NCBI GenBank assembly: GCA_944389295.1
Contig: CALXLV010000028.1
Span: forward strand, 16,504 to 80,503
Length of the DNA stretch: 64,000 bases
Source of the DNA: an uncultured Spirochaetaceae bacterium
GTDB lineage: Bacteria; Spirochaetota; Spirochaetia; Sphaerochaetales; Sphaerochaetaceae
Reading direction: 5' to 3'
Both the position numbers and the translations under genes were made by a program. Below are positions 28,525 through 36,790 of the stretch, one piece after another (position 1 is the stretch's first letter; the number at the start of each line of letters is the position of its first letter). The notes beneath the pieces are model-generated. The model saw only the letters and a program-made list of their open reading frames with translations. It did not search any database and was not told where the DNA came from.

Positions 28525-29334
28525 TCAGATATATCTCGCCCGCAGGAACTTTACGGCGCGCTCAGCCGCAGTCTCCGGATCAGGATAAGGCAGACACTCT
28601 ACAGTGCACCAGCCGTCATATCCGATCTTTCCCAGAGCCGAGAAAATATCGTCAAAGTCCATATGGCCGTCTCCCGGCGCATGGCGGTTGGAATCGGCAA
28701 GGTGGACATACCTCACATGCTCACTGTTGCGGATGAGAGCCTCTCCGATGTGGTCATCCTCGATGTTCATGTGGAATACATCAGGCATCATCGTAAAGTT
28801 CTTCCTTCCGACCTTCCTGACCAGTTCCACACCCTCATCGGTGCTGTTTATATAGTCGATCTCATACCTGTTCACAGGCTCGAGGATCATAGTAACACCG
28901 CGTTTCTCGGCATAATCCGAAAGACGCCATGCCATATCGAGGAAAAGGTTCTCAGCATCTTCCTTTTTCCTGTTTCCGATCGATCCCCTTACCCTTCCGA
29001 TATTCACAAGTCCGCCGAAGTCGGCAGCGAGGTCAATGAAGCCATGGAAAGCCTTCTCAAGCTCCTCGCGCTTCTCCTTGTCGCTGTCGGTGAACATCAG
29101 TCCGCGGGCTGCGAACACCTGTCCAGATGAGATGGCAGAGACCTTCATATTGTTCTTCTTGAGTATCGAGGCAAGTTCCTCGTGCGTAATCTCATCAGGG
29201 TCCTTGAGCGCAAGCTCAACACCGTCATAGCCGAACTCATGGGCAAGTTTGATGGATTTCTCCAGTCCCCTCAGAACTACAAACGCAGACGGAAGAGCGT
29301 TCTCGCTCGCTATCGCTATACCAAGGTTTATCAT
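28525..29334 (-). CDS. Xylose-isomerase-like TIM-barrel protein (sugar phosphate isomerase/epimerase family)
   Basis: 269 aa with family-typical segments: AHEFGYDGVELA, ILEPVNRYE, and HLADSNRHAPGDGHMDF (metal ligands). Its start overlaps the LarA-like stop. Confidence 0.8.
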   Translation of the reverse strand: MINLGIAIASENALPSAFVVLRGLEKSIKLAHEFGYDGVELALKDPDEITHEELASILKKNNMKVSAISSGQVFAARGLMFTDSDKEKREELEKAFHGFIDLAADFGGLVNIGRVRGSIGNRKKEDAENLFLDMAWRLSDYAEKRGVTMILEPVNRYEIDYINSTDEGVELVRKVGRKNFTMMPDVFHMNIEDDHIGEALIRNSEHVRYVHLADSNRHAPGDGHMDFDDIFSALGKIGYDGWCTVECLPYPDPETAAERAVKFLRARYI

Positions 29335-30716
29335 TCCTTTCCTCCCTCCGTATAGGGAATCTCATAAGGACCGTCAGCTATATAGGTTATCTTAAGCTCG
29401 CTCCTCTTCTTCCCCGTTCTCTTCTCGATATCCTCGAGGGCCGCCTCCACAGCCTTTCCGAAGACATCTTTGTCCGCATCGTCTGTACCGTCCATCATCG
29501 TCCTGATGTCATTTCCCGGCAGAAGATCGAAATAGTCGTGAGTGATCTGCGGCGCATAGAAGTAGTAGTGGTTCTCAGGTATCTTTCTGAATACCTTCGC
29601 CCACTCCTGCACCTGCCACTGCTCAGGCAGGAACGTCCAGTCAGGACTGCGAAGCATCTTCACGAAGCGGTCAGGTCCGACGAGATGCAGAAGCGCAAGC
29701 GTCGTCCTGTAGTTCGGACTTCCTATCACATGGCCTTTGTCCGTGCAGTCGGCGATAGTGACAAGGTAGCCGTCCTTTTTCAGGGCACCGAGCGATGCGA
29801 CACCGCACTTGGCGCACTGATAATGATTTATTCCCACGAAACCCGCGTGCGTTATTACGACATCAGCCTCAGCGGGAACAGGCACGCCGACGCTCTCCTG
29901 AATCTTTGCGGCAGCGGCAAGATGTGCCTTCTCAAGATCGCCGGAGAACACTCCTGTAATCCTGAAAGAATGATCGAGCGTAACGTTGACGATAAAATCC
30001 ACGCCGGCGAGCTTCGCCACTGCAAGGCTCTCATCATGCACGGGGTTCTTCTCTATCGAGAGATCCCTCGATTCCGGGTCATCCATCAGCTCTGGGCCGT
30101 GGAAGATATAAGTCGTCTCCTCGCCTATCACACCGGGGCAGATCGCCTTGCGTCCGCCGGAAACGCCCGCCATGAAGTGACTTTCGACAAGTCCTGTCGC
30201 AATCTTGAGATCAGCCGCGGCATAGAGCGTGTCTATCATCACGCGCGTTCCGCGTGCGGTAGTACCGATGTAGACGAGCCTCTCTGGATTCTTCGGCTCG
30301 TGGTTGACTACCTTTACGCCGAGCTCAAAGACCTTCTCATTGAGCATCGCCCTCAGCTCTTCTTCCCGCATCGGGCGGTGCATTCCGGTTGCGACCAGCA
30401 CGGTTATCTCACTGGGAGAATAACCGCAGCCGATCAGAGTCTCGATCGCTGGGAGAAGTATGCCGTCATCACCCTTGTACGGTACAGGGCGGGTGTTGTC
30501 GGAAATCACTATGACTGCCGTTGCATCCCCCTTTGCCTCCTTCTTCCGCCTTGCGATCTCCGCAAGGCTTTCAGAAGCTATCGGGTGGACGAGGGAATCG
30601 GCAATGGCCGACTTGGGGTCGCTGACCAGCGCCGGGTCCTCCATATGCGCTATGAATGTGTTATCCGGAAGCGTGATGCCGCTGTAACCTGAACCGAATG
30701 GGTTGACTATCTGCAT
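29331..30716 (-). CDS. LarA-family (lactate-racemase-like, nickel-pincer-nucleotide dependent) racemase/epimerase homologue
   Basis: Motifs ATGMHRP, ESHFMAGVSGGRK and a following H (IFHGPE) align, from memory, with the LarA catalytic His, cofactor-tethering Lys and Ni-binding His. ATG at 30716 with a GGAGAGAGG RBS. Confidence 0.75.
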   Translation of the reverse strand: MQIVNPFGSGYSGITLPDNTFIAHMEDPALVSDPKSAIADSLVHPIASESLAEIARRKKEAKGDATAVIVISDNTRPVPYKGDDGILLPAIETLIGCGYSPSEITVLVATGMHRPMREEELRAMLNEKVFELGVKVVNHEPKNPERLVYIGTTARGTRVMIDTLYAAADLKIATGLVESHFMAGVSGGRKAICPGVIGEETTYIFHGPELMDDPESRDLSIEKNPVHDESLAVAKLAGVDFIVNVTLDHSFRITGVFSGDLEKAHLAAAAKIQESVGVPVPAEADVVITHAGFVGINHYQCAKCGVASLGALKKDGYLVTIADCTDKGHVIGSPNYRTTLALLHLVGPDRFVKMLRSPDWTFLPEQWQVQEWAKVFRKIPENHYYFYAPQITHDYFDLLPGNDIRTMMDGTDDADKDVFGKAVEAALEDIEKRTGKKRSELKITYIADGPYEIPYTEGGKE

Positions 30717-30734
30717 ACCTCTCTCCTGCAATCC

Positions 30735-32018
30735 TTACATTTCCTTGATTATCGAAAGATCACCAGTCGCAGCTGCGTTGAGGATCGGAGCCATGAACTC
30801 GTCCACGTCATCAGCTGTCATGGAGACAGGCATGTTCTGCAGCTTCATCTTGAGGTCAGGGTCCTTTGCAGCCTTGAGAGCTCTCGGGATGTGGACTTCA
30901 GCCTTGAATCCCTTAAGATCGGAGAGCTTTGAAGGAGCGCCGATAGACTTCTCGAATGCGATCATCGCCTCGGCAACTGCCACTGCGAGCTCGCGTCCTG
31001 AAAGCGCATCGATGTCCTTGTCCGTGAAGCCGTGAGCCTTGAAGATGTTTCCTACGATCTTCAGCTGGGGCTGGATAGCCTTGCTGTAGAAGACCATGTA
31101 GTAGGGGTTCATCAGGCCGCATGCCGTTCCGTGTCCGACAATATCGACAAGGCTGAACGATGTGAGGTGGGGACCGCTTGTTCCGCCGACCATGATCGCA
31201 TAGCCGCCGAGATCTGTTGCGAGACCGATAGCCTCTCTTGCCTTGATGTCAGAAGGATTGGCGATGATGTCCTTTGCATATGTCGTGACAAGTCCGATAG
31301 CACACTCAGCAAGCTCCTTGGCCCTGTCAAAAGCCTCGCCCTTTGCCATGCAGAAGACCTCGAAGGTGTGTGCGATGGCATCGAGAGCGCCGTCGATCGT
31401 GACGCTGACGGGCATCGAGCATGTAACCTTGTAATCGAAGAGAGAGTGAGCCGGCACAAGCGCGTTGTCGACTATGAGCTTCTTCTGTCCGGCAACAGGG
31501 TCGGTGATGTTCGAGTACTTTGTCAGATGAGCGCCGCTGGAAGCGCTTGTCTCAATTGCGAATACAGGAGTGAGCTTCGCACCGGTCTTCTGGATGTAGT
31601 CAGTGACCTTTCCGGTTCCGAAGTACTCGTCGATCTCAGGAGAGATCTTCGCGCCGAGGGAAGCGAGCATGCTTGCAGCCTTGCAGGCATCGATTGTGGA
31701 ACCGCCGCCGACAGCGATGATGCAGTCCGGCTGATACTGCAGAACATATGTAGTCAGGCGGTAGACATCCTCACGCGGTGCGTTCGGCTTCGCATCGGGA
31801 GCAACGCTGCCTCCGACGATCTCGACACCGGCCTTCTTGAGAGACTCGATGATCTCCTCAGCGACCGGCTTCATGTATGTCATGTTAGAAACAAGGAGAG
31901 CCTTCTTTCCAAAGCTCTTTGCAATCTCGCCGGCCTTGTCCAGGCAGCCTACTCCGAATGTGTAGGCATCACCCTTCCATGCCTTGAGAAGCTCATAAGA
32001 TCTTGCGATGTAGTCCAT
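30735..32018 (-). CDS. Iron-containing (group III) alcohol dehydrogenase
   Basis: GGGSTIDACKAAS NAD-binding motif and metal-binding histidines (DAIAHTFEVF, GPHLTSF). ATG at 32018 with AGGAGG 6 nt upstream. Confidence 0.85.
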   Translation of the reverse strand: MDYIARSYELLKAWKGDAYTFGVGCLDKAGEIAKSFGKKALLVSNMTYMKPVAEEIIESLKKAGVEIVGGSVAPDAKPNAPREDVYRLTTYVLQYQPDCIIAVGGGSTIDACKAASMLASLGAKISPEIDEYFGTGKVTDYIQKTGAKLTPVFAIETSASSGAHLTKYSNITDPVAGQKKLIVDNALVPAHSLFDYKVTCSMPVSVTIDGALDAIAHTFEVFCMAKGEAFDRAKELAECAIGLVTTYAKDIIANPSDIKAREAIGLATDLGGYAIMVGGTSGPHLTSFSLVDIVGHGTACGLMNPYYMVFYSKAIQPQLKIVGNIFKAHGFTDKDIDALSGRELAVAVAEAMIAFEKSIGAPSKLSDLKGFKAEVHIPRALKAAKDPDLKMKLQNMPVSMTADDVDEFMAPILNAAATGDLSIIKEM

Positions 32019-32048
32019 AATAATCCTCCTCAGGGACACCCCTGATTT

Positions 32049-32981
32049 TCATTTTCCGATAAGAGCAGAAGCCACTTCCGCGATATGCTCGCCGGAAAGA
32101 CCGTACTTGGCAAGCAGATCCATATAAGGACCGGTCTCGCCGAACTTGTCATCGATTCCGACAGAAGCGACGCGGCACTTCGTACCCTTCCTGAAAGCCT
32201 CCTCAGCGACAGCGGAATAGAATCCGCCCATCAGGAGAGCTTCCTCTACCGTTACAAGATAACCAGTCTTCTCCGCGGAAGCAAGGAGGGACGCGGCATC
32301 AAGCGGCTTTACGAACGGAACCGAGAAAACCTCAGCGCTTATTCCCTTCTCAGCCAGGATGTCAGCGGCCTTCATCGCCAGCGATGCGGTGATGCCGTTG
32401 GCGGCAATCGTGACGTCCTTGCCTTCCCTGCACTTCACAGCCTCGCCGCGGAAGAATGCATCCCTGTCTGTGTCGATGTCGGGCATCTCATTCCTGTTGA
32501 GCCTGATGTAGACTGGATTCTTCCTAGTGACGGCATAGTCGAGAGCAAGCTCCGCCTGATGCGCGTCGGAAGGAACGATAACTTCCATATTGGGAAGCGA
32601 GCGGAAGATCGCGATATCCTCGATAGCCTGATGGCTTGCGCCGTCGAAGCTGTCTGAAAGACCGCCGTATGCTCCGCCGATTATCACGGGAAGGCTGTTG
32701 TAGCAGATATCGTTCCTGATCTGGTCGAGGCTCTTGAGCGAGAGGAAGATCGAGAACGCGTTTATCACAGGATGATAACCGCATGTCGCAAGACCTGCGG
32801 CGACTCCCGCGAGGTTGCCCTCAGCGACTCCGGTGTTGAAGAACCTCTCAGGGTACTTTTTTCCGAAAACCGCACTCTTTGTAGAACTCGATACATCGGC
32901 ATCGAGAACGATCAGCTCAGGATGATCCTTTCCAAGAGCTGCCAGGTGCTCACCATAAGCGTCGCGCATTGCCTTGCTCAT
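32049..32981 (-). CDS. Transketolase, C-terminal (pyrimidine-binding) subunit
   Basis: 310 aa. Motifs FNTGVAEGNLAGVAAGLA and GASHQAIEDIAIFRSLPNM are typical of split transketolase subunit B. Confidence 0.9.
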   Translation of the reverse strand: MSKAMRDAYGEHLAALGKDHPELIVLDADVSSSTKSAVFGKKYPERFFNTGVAEGNLAGVAAGLATCGYHPVINAFSIFLSLKSLDQIRNDICYNSLPVIIGGAYGGLSDSFDGASHQAIEDIAIFRSLPNMEVIVPSDAHQAELALDYAVTRKNPVYIRLNRNEMPDIDTDRDAFFRGEAVKCREGKDVTIAANGITASLAMKAADILAEKGISAEVFSVPFVKPLDAASLLASAEKTGYLVTVEEALLMGGFYSAVAEEAFRKGTKCRVASVGIDDKFGETGPYMDLLAKYGLSGEHIAEVASALIGK

Positions 32982-33865
32982 AGAAGTGCCTCCTTTGCCT
33001 CTTTGTCGGCTATAAGTTCCTTGATGCCGATAGCATAGTGCTCATCGTCGATCTTCGCTCCGTGCCATGCGTTCTGGCCCTCGGAGAAGCTGACGTTCTT
33101 TCCCTTGATCGTGTCATAGATGACAGCCTTCGGCCATACGTCGTCGCTGTCCATCCACTCGAACGAGCGGAGAATATCCTCGGTGTTGTGTCCGTTGTAG
33201 CCGTCGGAGACGTTCCATCCGAACGCCCTGAGCTTGTCAGCAAGCGGCTCAAGGGGCATGATCTGATCCTCTGTGCCGTCAAGCTGGACCTTGTTGTAGT
33301 CGATCATCAGGACGAGGTTCTTTATCTTGTACTTTGCCGCGAAGAGCATAGCCTCCCACGACGAACCCTCATCGAGGCATCCCTCGCCGGTGAGTACATA
33401 TGTCCAGTACTTCTTTCCGGAGAGCTTAGCCGCAAGAGCCATGCCGGCAGCGACGGAGATTCCGTGTCCGAGCGCTCCTGTGGACATATCCACTCCGGGA
33501 ACCTTGAGCATTGCAGGGTGTCCCTGGAGAATGCTTCCGAGAGTTCTGAAGCTCGGCAGAAGATCGGTTGAGAAGTATCCGCGGTTTGCGAGTACGGTGT
33601 AAAGATTCACGCTGGCGTGGCCTTTCGAGAGGATGAAGCGGTCCCTATCCTCCCAGTCCGGCTGATCCGGCCTGATGTTAAGCCTGTTGAAGTACAGGGA
33701 TGTGACGAGCTCGGCAGCGCTGCTGGCTCCTCCCCAGTGACCGGTTCCTCTCTCATGGAGAACGGTGAACATCGTCTCCCTGAAACACGCTGCGAGATAT
33801 GACAGCTCTCTTGCATTCATCTTTCTGGACGGATCAGAGAGCAGTTGAGACAGCTTATCGCTCAT
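32978..33865 (-). CDS. Transketolase, N-terminal (TPP-binding) subunit
   Basis: 295 aa with GTGHWGGASSAAEL, SKGHAS and the GEGCLDEGSSWEA TPP motif. It overlaps the subunit B start by 4 nt. Confidence 0.9.
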   Translation of the reverse strand: MSDKLSQLLSDPSRKMNARELSYLAACFRETMFTVLHERGTGHWGGASSAAELVTSLYFNRLNIRPDQPDWEDRDRFILSKGHASVNLYTVLANRGYFSTDLLPSFRTLGSILQGHPAMLKVPGVDMSTGALGHGISVAAGMALAAKLSGKKYWTYVLTGEGCLDEGSSWEAMLFAAKYKIKNLVLMIDYNKVQLDGTEDQIMPLEPLADKLRAFGWNVSDGYNGHNTEDILRSFEWMDSDDVWPKAVIYDTIKGKNVSFSEGQNAWHGAKIDDEHYAIGIKELIADKEAKEALL

Positions 33866-33882
33866 GTTCCACTCCTTTTACT

Positions 33883-33894
33883 ATTGTGTACAAT
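33883..33894. promoter_or_regulatory. GntR-type operator candidate, site 1 (ATTGTGTACAAT)
   Basis: Matches the GntR/FadR-type half-site logic T.GT-N-AC.A. It lies 18 nt upstream of the transketolase ATG, next to a possible minus-strand promoter (TTGACA at 33924-33919). Confidence 0.5.
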
Positions 33895-33972
33895 ATACAT
33901 ATCATTGAAATTACTGACTGTCAATAAAAATAAATATAATCTGGGCCATTCCTCAAAAAGGTATTCAGGAAC

Positions 33973-33984
33973 ATTGTACACAAT
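33973..33984. promoter_or_regulatory. GntR-type operator candidate, site 2 (ATTGTACACAAT)
   Basis: Exact reverse complement of site 1, 90 nt away, abutting the -35 of the gntR promoter candidate. Confidence 0.5.
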
Positions 33985-33989
33985 AAACA

Positions 33990-34018
33990 TTGACCACTGC
34001 AAAATGGTGTAATAGAAT
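33990..34018 (+). promoter_or_regulatory. Sigma-70-type promoter candidate for the GntR-family gene
   Basis: TTGACC (33990-33995), a 17-nt spacer, then TAGAAT (34013-34018). The RBS AAGGAGGAG and the ATG at 34037 follow. Confidence 0.5.
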
Positions 34019-34036
34019 ACCCGAAAGGAGGAGCGC

Positions 34037-34660
34037 ATGCAGATTGTCCAGCAGTCACTGGCAGACCAGATCTACACCGAACTGAAGAACAGCATACTCC
34101 GCGGAGAACTCGCTCCGAGGGAGAAAATACGCGAGGACGAACTGGCATCACGCTTCGGCGTCTCGAGAACTCCCGTCAGGGAAGCGATCAGAAGGCTTTC
34201 CGATTACGGGCTGGTTAACCTCGCTCCGAGAAGCCACGCCGCCATAGCGGGAATATCCGACAAGGAAGCAAGGGACATCGCCGATCTCCGCGTCGAGCTG
34301 GAGTGCTTCGCGATCGACCACATCTCCGGAGAGCTGCTGGAAGAAAGACTTCCGGAACTCTCGAGATATGCGGCGGAATGCATCTACGCGCTCTCCATAG
34401 GCGAAAGGGACAGATCGTTCTCAGAGGACAGCCTGTTCCATATCGCGCTTGTTGAGACAAGCGGGAACGCAGCTCTTGCCGAAGTCTACAGACGCCTTGA
34501 TGCGCGCATCCAGCTGCTGAGAGTAAAGCAGAATCTCGACGAGGACAGACTCGTGGGATATCTCAACCAGCACAGCGAGCTTTTAAGCCTGATGAAAGCC
34601 GGAAAGACGGATGAGGCAAAGAAGCTCATACGCATCCATGTGCTCCACAGCGAGGCATGA
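34037..34660 (+). CDS. GntR-family transcriptional regulator, FadR/FCD subfamily
   Basis: The N-terminal wHTH (LASRFGVSRTPVREAIRRLSDYGLV) is followed by an all-helical FCD-like domain. Divergent from the LarA operon. Confidence 0.9.
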   Translation: MQIVQQSLADQIYTELKNSILRGELAPREKIREDELASRFGVSRTPVREAIRRLSDYGLVNLAPRSHAAIAGISDKEARDIADLRVELECFAIDHISGELLEERLPELSRYAAECIYALSIGERDRSFSEDSLFHIALVETSGNAALAEVYRRLDARIQLLRVKQNLDEDRLVGYLNQHSELLSLMKAGKTDEAKKLIRIHVLHSEA

Positions 34661-34702
34661 CCCGCTGACCATCAGGAAAAACTCCCCTCTCCCATACGGA
34701 AC

Positions 34703-34729
34703 GTGCTCCGGCCTCATAAACCGGAGCGC
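34703..34729. terminator. Hairpin between convergent gntR and the VOC gene
   Basis: GTGCTCCGG-N9-CCGGAGCGC. The flanking T/A tracts are weak. Confidence 0.3.
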
Positions 34730-34732
34730 TTA

Positions 34733-35053
34733 TCATTCAGCCTTAAGTACCTCGATGCAGAGCCCGGTAGGAAGGACTATCCAGTTGTAGCCCTTCGCCA
34801 GATGCGTGACGCCGTACTTGTCAGCCCTTGCAAGCGTTCCGTCAAGATCATCGACAGTGAAGGCGATGTGATTCATTATGCCTCCGTCGACGATGACGTC
34901 ATCAGCGGGAACAAGCTGGAGACCGCCTGAAATCCATACCTGCCTCCTGCCGTTGTCGGCAGTTCCCTCTTTCGTGACAGTGAATCCGAAAACATCTGAG
35001 AAGAACTTTATGTTCCACTCAAGATCCTTCACATTGATAGCCGCATGATCCAT
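34733..35053 (-). CDS. VOC/glyoxalase-family small protein
   Basis: ATG at 35053 (RBS GGAGGAAAT). The sequence MDHAAINVKDLEWNIKFFSDVFGF...MNHIAFTVDD is typical of a single beta-alpha-beta-beta-beta pair of the glyoxalase fold. Confidence 0.75.
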   Translation of the reverse strand: MDHAAINVKDLEWNIKFFSDVFGFTVTKEGTADNGRRQVWISGGLQLVPADDVIVDGGIMNHIAFTVDDLDGTLARADKYGVTHLAKGYNWIVLPTGLCIEVLKAE

Positions 35054-35106
35054 ATTTCCTCCAAAACAGAAAACGGAAAGGCCCGCAGAGCGCGGGCCTC
35101 CCTGCA

Positions 35107-35766
35107 TTATATCCCGAGAACCTCGCGTATCTCTGCGATGCAGCTTCCCGGAGATGTGAGAGTGCGGCGTCCGGACACGCGCTCAACCGCTTCCTTAGCC
35201 GTCGCCATGCTGGCCTGTGCCAGCACTATCGTATCGAAAGCCCTTCCTTCCTTCTCCGCAAGAGCCGCAAGCCTGGCATCGTGGCCGCCCGTGTCCCCTG
35301 CCGAGAGGAGATCCATCGCCTTCGTGTCGAGGAAAGGAACTATCTCGACTTTCTTTCCCGCTTTGTCAGCCTCCACCTGTATCTTTGAAACAGTAGGATC
35401 AACGGTTGTCGGGGCCGTGGCGAATACAGCTATGCGCTCTCCCCCGCTGACGGCATCGGCGCACATTCTGTCGTCGATCGCGATCACAGGCACGTCCATT
35501 GAGCTTCTGAACTCCGCGATGAATGGCGTCAGGGAAGAACAGGTCACGACTATGGCATCCGGCTTCTCCTCGGAAAGCGAGAGAAGATCAAGATAGAGCT
35601 TCCTTCTGTTCTCAGGAGGGAAGAATCCCTTCTCCTTCGCGTTTGTCACAAGGAATTCGTCAACCATCTCCGAAACGGCTACAGATTCAGAGACAGCGGC
35701 CTTTAACTGGCCGCTGAACGAATTGTAGACGCTTCTGACTGTATGCAGAATAGCGATACGCTTCAT
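35107..35766 (-). CDS. Asp/Glu/hydantoin-racemase-superfamily protein
   Basis: ATG at 35766 (MKRIAILHTV). It has a first active-site-like segment IVVTCSSLTP. The second equivalent reads IVLAQASMA, with Ser where racemases usually have Cys. Confidence 0.6.
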   Translation of the reverse strand: MKRIAILHTVRSVYNSFSGQLKAAVSESVAVSEMVDEFLVTNAKEKGFFPPENRRKLYLDLLSLSEEKPDAIVVTCSSLTPFIAEFRSSMDVPVIAIDDRMCADAVSGGERIAVFATAPTTVDPTVSKIQVEADKAGKKVEIVPFLDTKAMDLLSAGDTGGHDARLAALAEKEGRAFDTIVLAQASMATAKEAVERVSGRRTLTSPGSCIAEIREVLGI

Positions 35767-35780
35767 TTTTCCTCCCGGAA

Positions 35781-36770
35781 TCAGGCATCCTTTCCAATCT
35801 TGGCAAGGTAGTCCGCCTGATACTGAGCCATGTACTCGGCAGCTTCGTGCCTGTCCATGTACTGAGAAATAAGTCCGTTGCGCTGGATGTAGTTGACCTG
35901 CCAATCCTCAGTCTCGGAAACCTGTCTGAGAACCTCTGACCAGTAATCAGCTGCAGCCTCGCTCATCGCCTTAGGAGCAGCAACGCCGCGCCATACGGGA
36001 ACTTCAACGTTGTCATATCCCTCAAACTCGTCGAGTGTCGGAGCATCCTTGAAAAGCTCTGTCGGGAATCTTTCGTTGGAGAGAGCGAGAATCGGCTTCA
36101 TGCGTCCTGCGAGAACATACTGCTCAGCCGCTGCCGGCTTGCCGAGAACGAGGTCAACGTGTCCGCCGAGGAGAGATGTGATAGCTGTCGATGTGGCATC
36201 GTTAGTGATGTACGCAAGCTGGTTCTCCGTTACTCCGAGTTCCTTGATGAGAGCGTTGTAAGTCTCGATATCGTCGCCCTTCGATCCTGCGATGACGATT
36301 CTCTCGCCGGCTGCGAGCGCATCAAGCACTTCCTGCCAGCTCTGATACTTGGAAAGGTCGCCGGCGAAGAGGAGCTGCTTGTCGACAGCCATGATCGCGA
36401 GCGGTGTGAAGTTCTCCACACGGTTGTCCGTATTGAGGCACATCGGCATCAGGTCGCCGGAGTTGAATGTGAGGAGCATATGGTCAGCTCTTACGCCGGT
36501 CGTCCTGGAGACATTGAGCCTTCCGACCTCGCCGCCGCCGTCAGTAACATAGTCGATGACGATGTTGGCATCGGAAATGCCGTTGTTCGTGATAGCATTC
36601 TTGATTTCCTGAGTGAAGATATCGGAACCTCCGCCCGGGTTCGACGTACATGTCCATGTGACATCACGGGAAGGTGTGAACGTCCCGTCTCCGCTCTCGC
36701 TGGAACCGCCAGCGAAAACCATTGCCGCAGCCATCATCATCGTGATGGCGAGCATGAATCTCCTTTTCAT
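35781..36770 (-). CDS. tctC: TctC/Bug-family periplasmic substrate-binding protein (copy 2)
   Basis: Signal peptide MKRRFMLAITMMMAAAMVFAGG. The motif SNPGGGSDIF is present. About 330 aa, adjacent to tctA. Confidence 0.8.
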   Translation of the reverse strand: MKRRFMLAITMMMAAAMVFAGGSSESGDGTFTPSRDVTWTCTSNPGGGSDIFTQEIKNAITNNGISDANIVIDYVTDGGGEVGRLNVSRTTGVRADHMLLTFNSGDLMPMCLNTDNRVENFTPLAIMAVDKQLLFAGDLSKYQSWQEVLDALAAGERIVIAGSKGDDIETYNALIKELGVTENQLAYITNDATSTAITSLLGGHVDLVLGKPAAAEQYVLAGRMKPILALSNERFPTELFKDAPTLDEFEGYDNVEVPVWRGVAAPKAMSEAAADYWSEVLRQVSETEDWQVNYIQRNGLISQYMDRHEAAEYMAQYQADYLAKIGKDA

Positions 36771-36790
36771 ACTTATATACCTCCTAAGTA

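Noticed and set aside
29538-30692. 384-aa plus-strand ORF
   Set aside because: It is entirely antisense to the LarA-like gene. It is Arg/His/Leu-rich and low-complexity, with no RBS. This is a typical shadow ORF of a GC-rich coding strand.
31032-32045. 337-aa plus-strand ORF
   Set aside because: It is antisense to the well-supported Fe-ADH gene, with no recognisable motifs. Shadow ORF.
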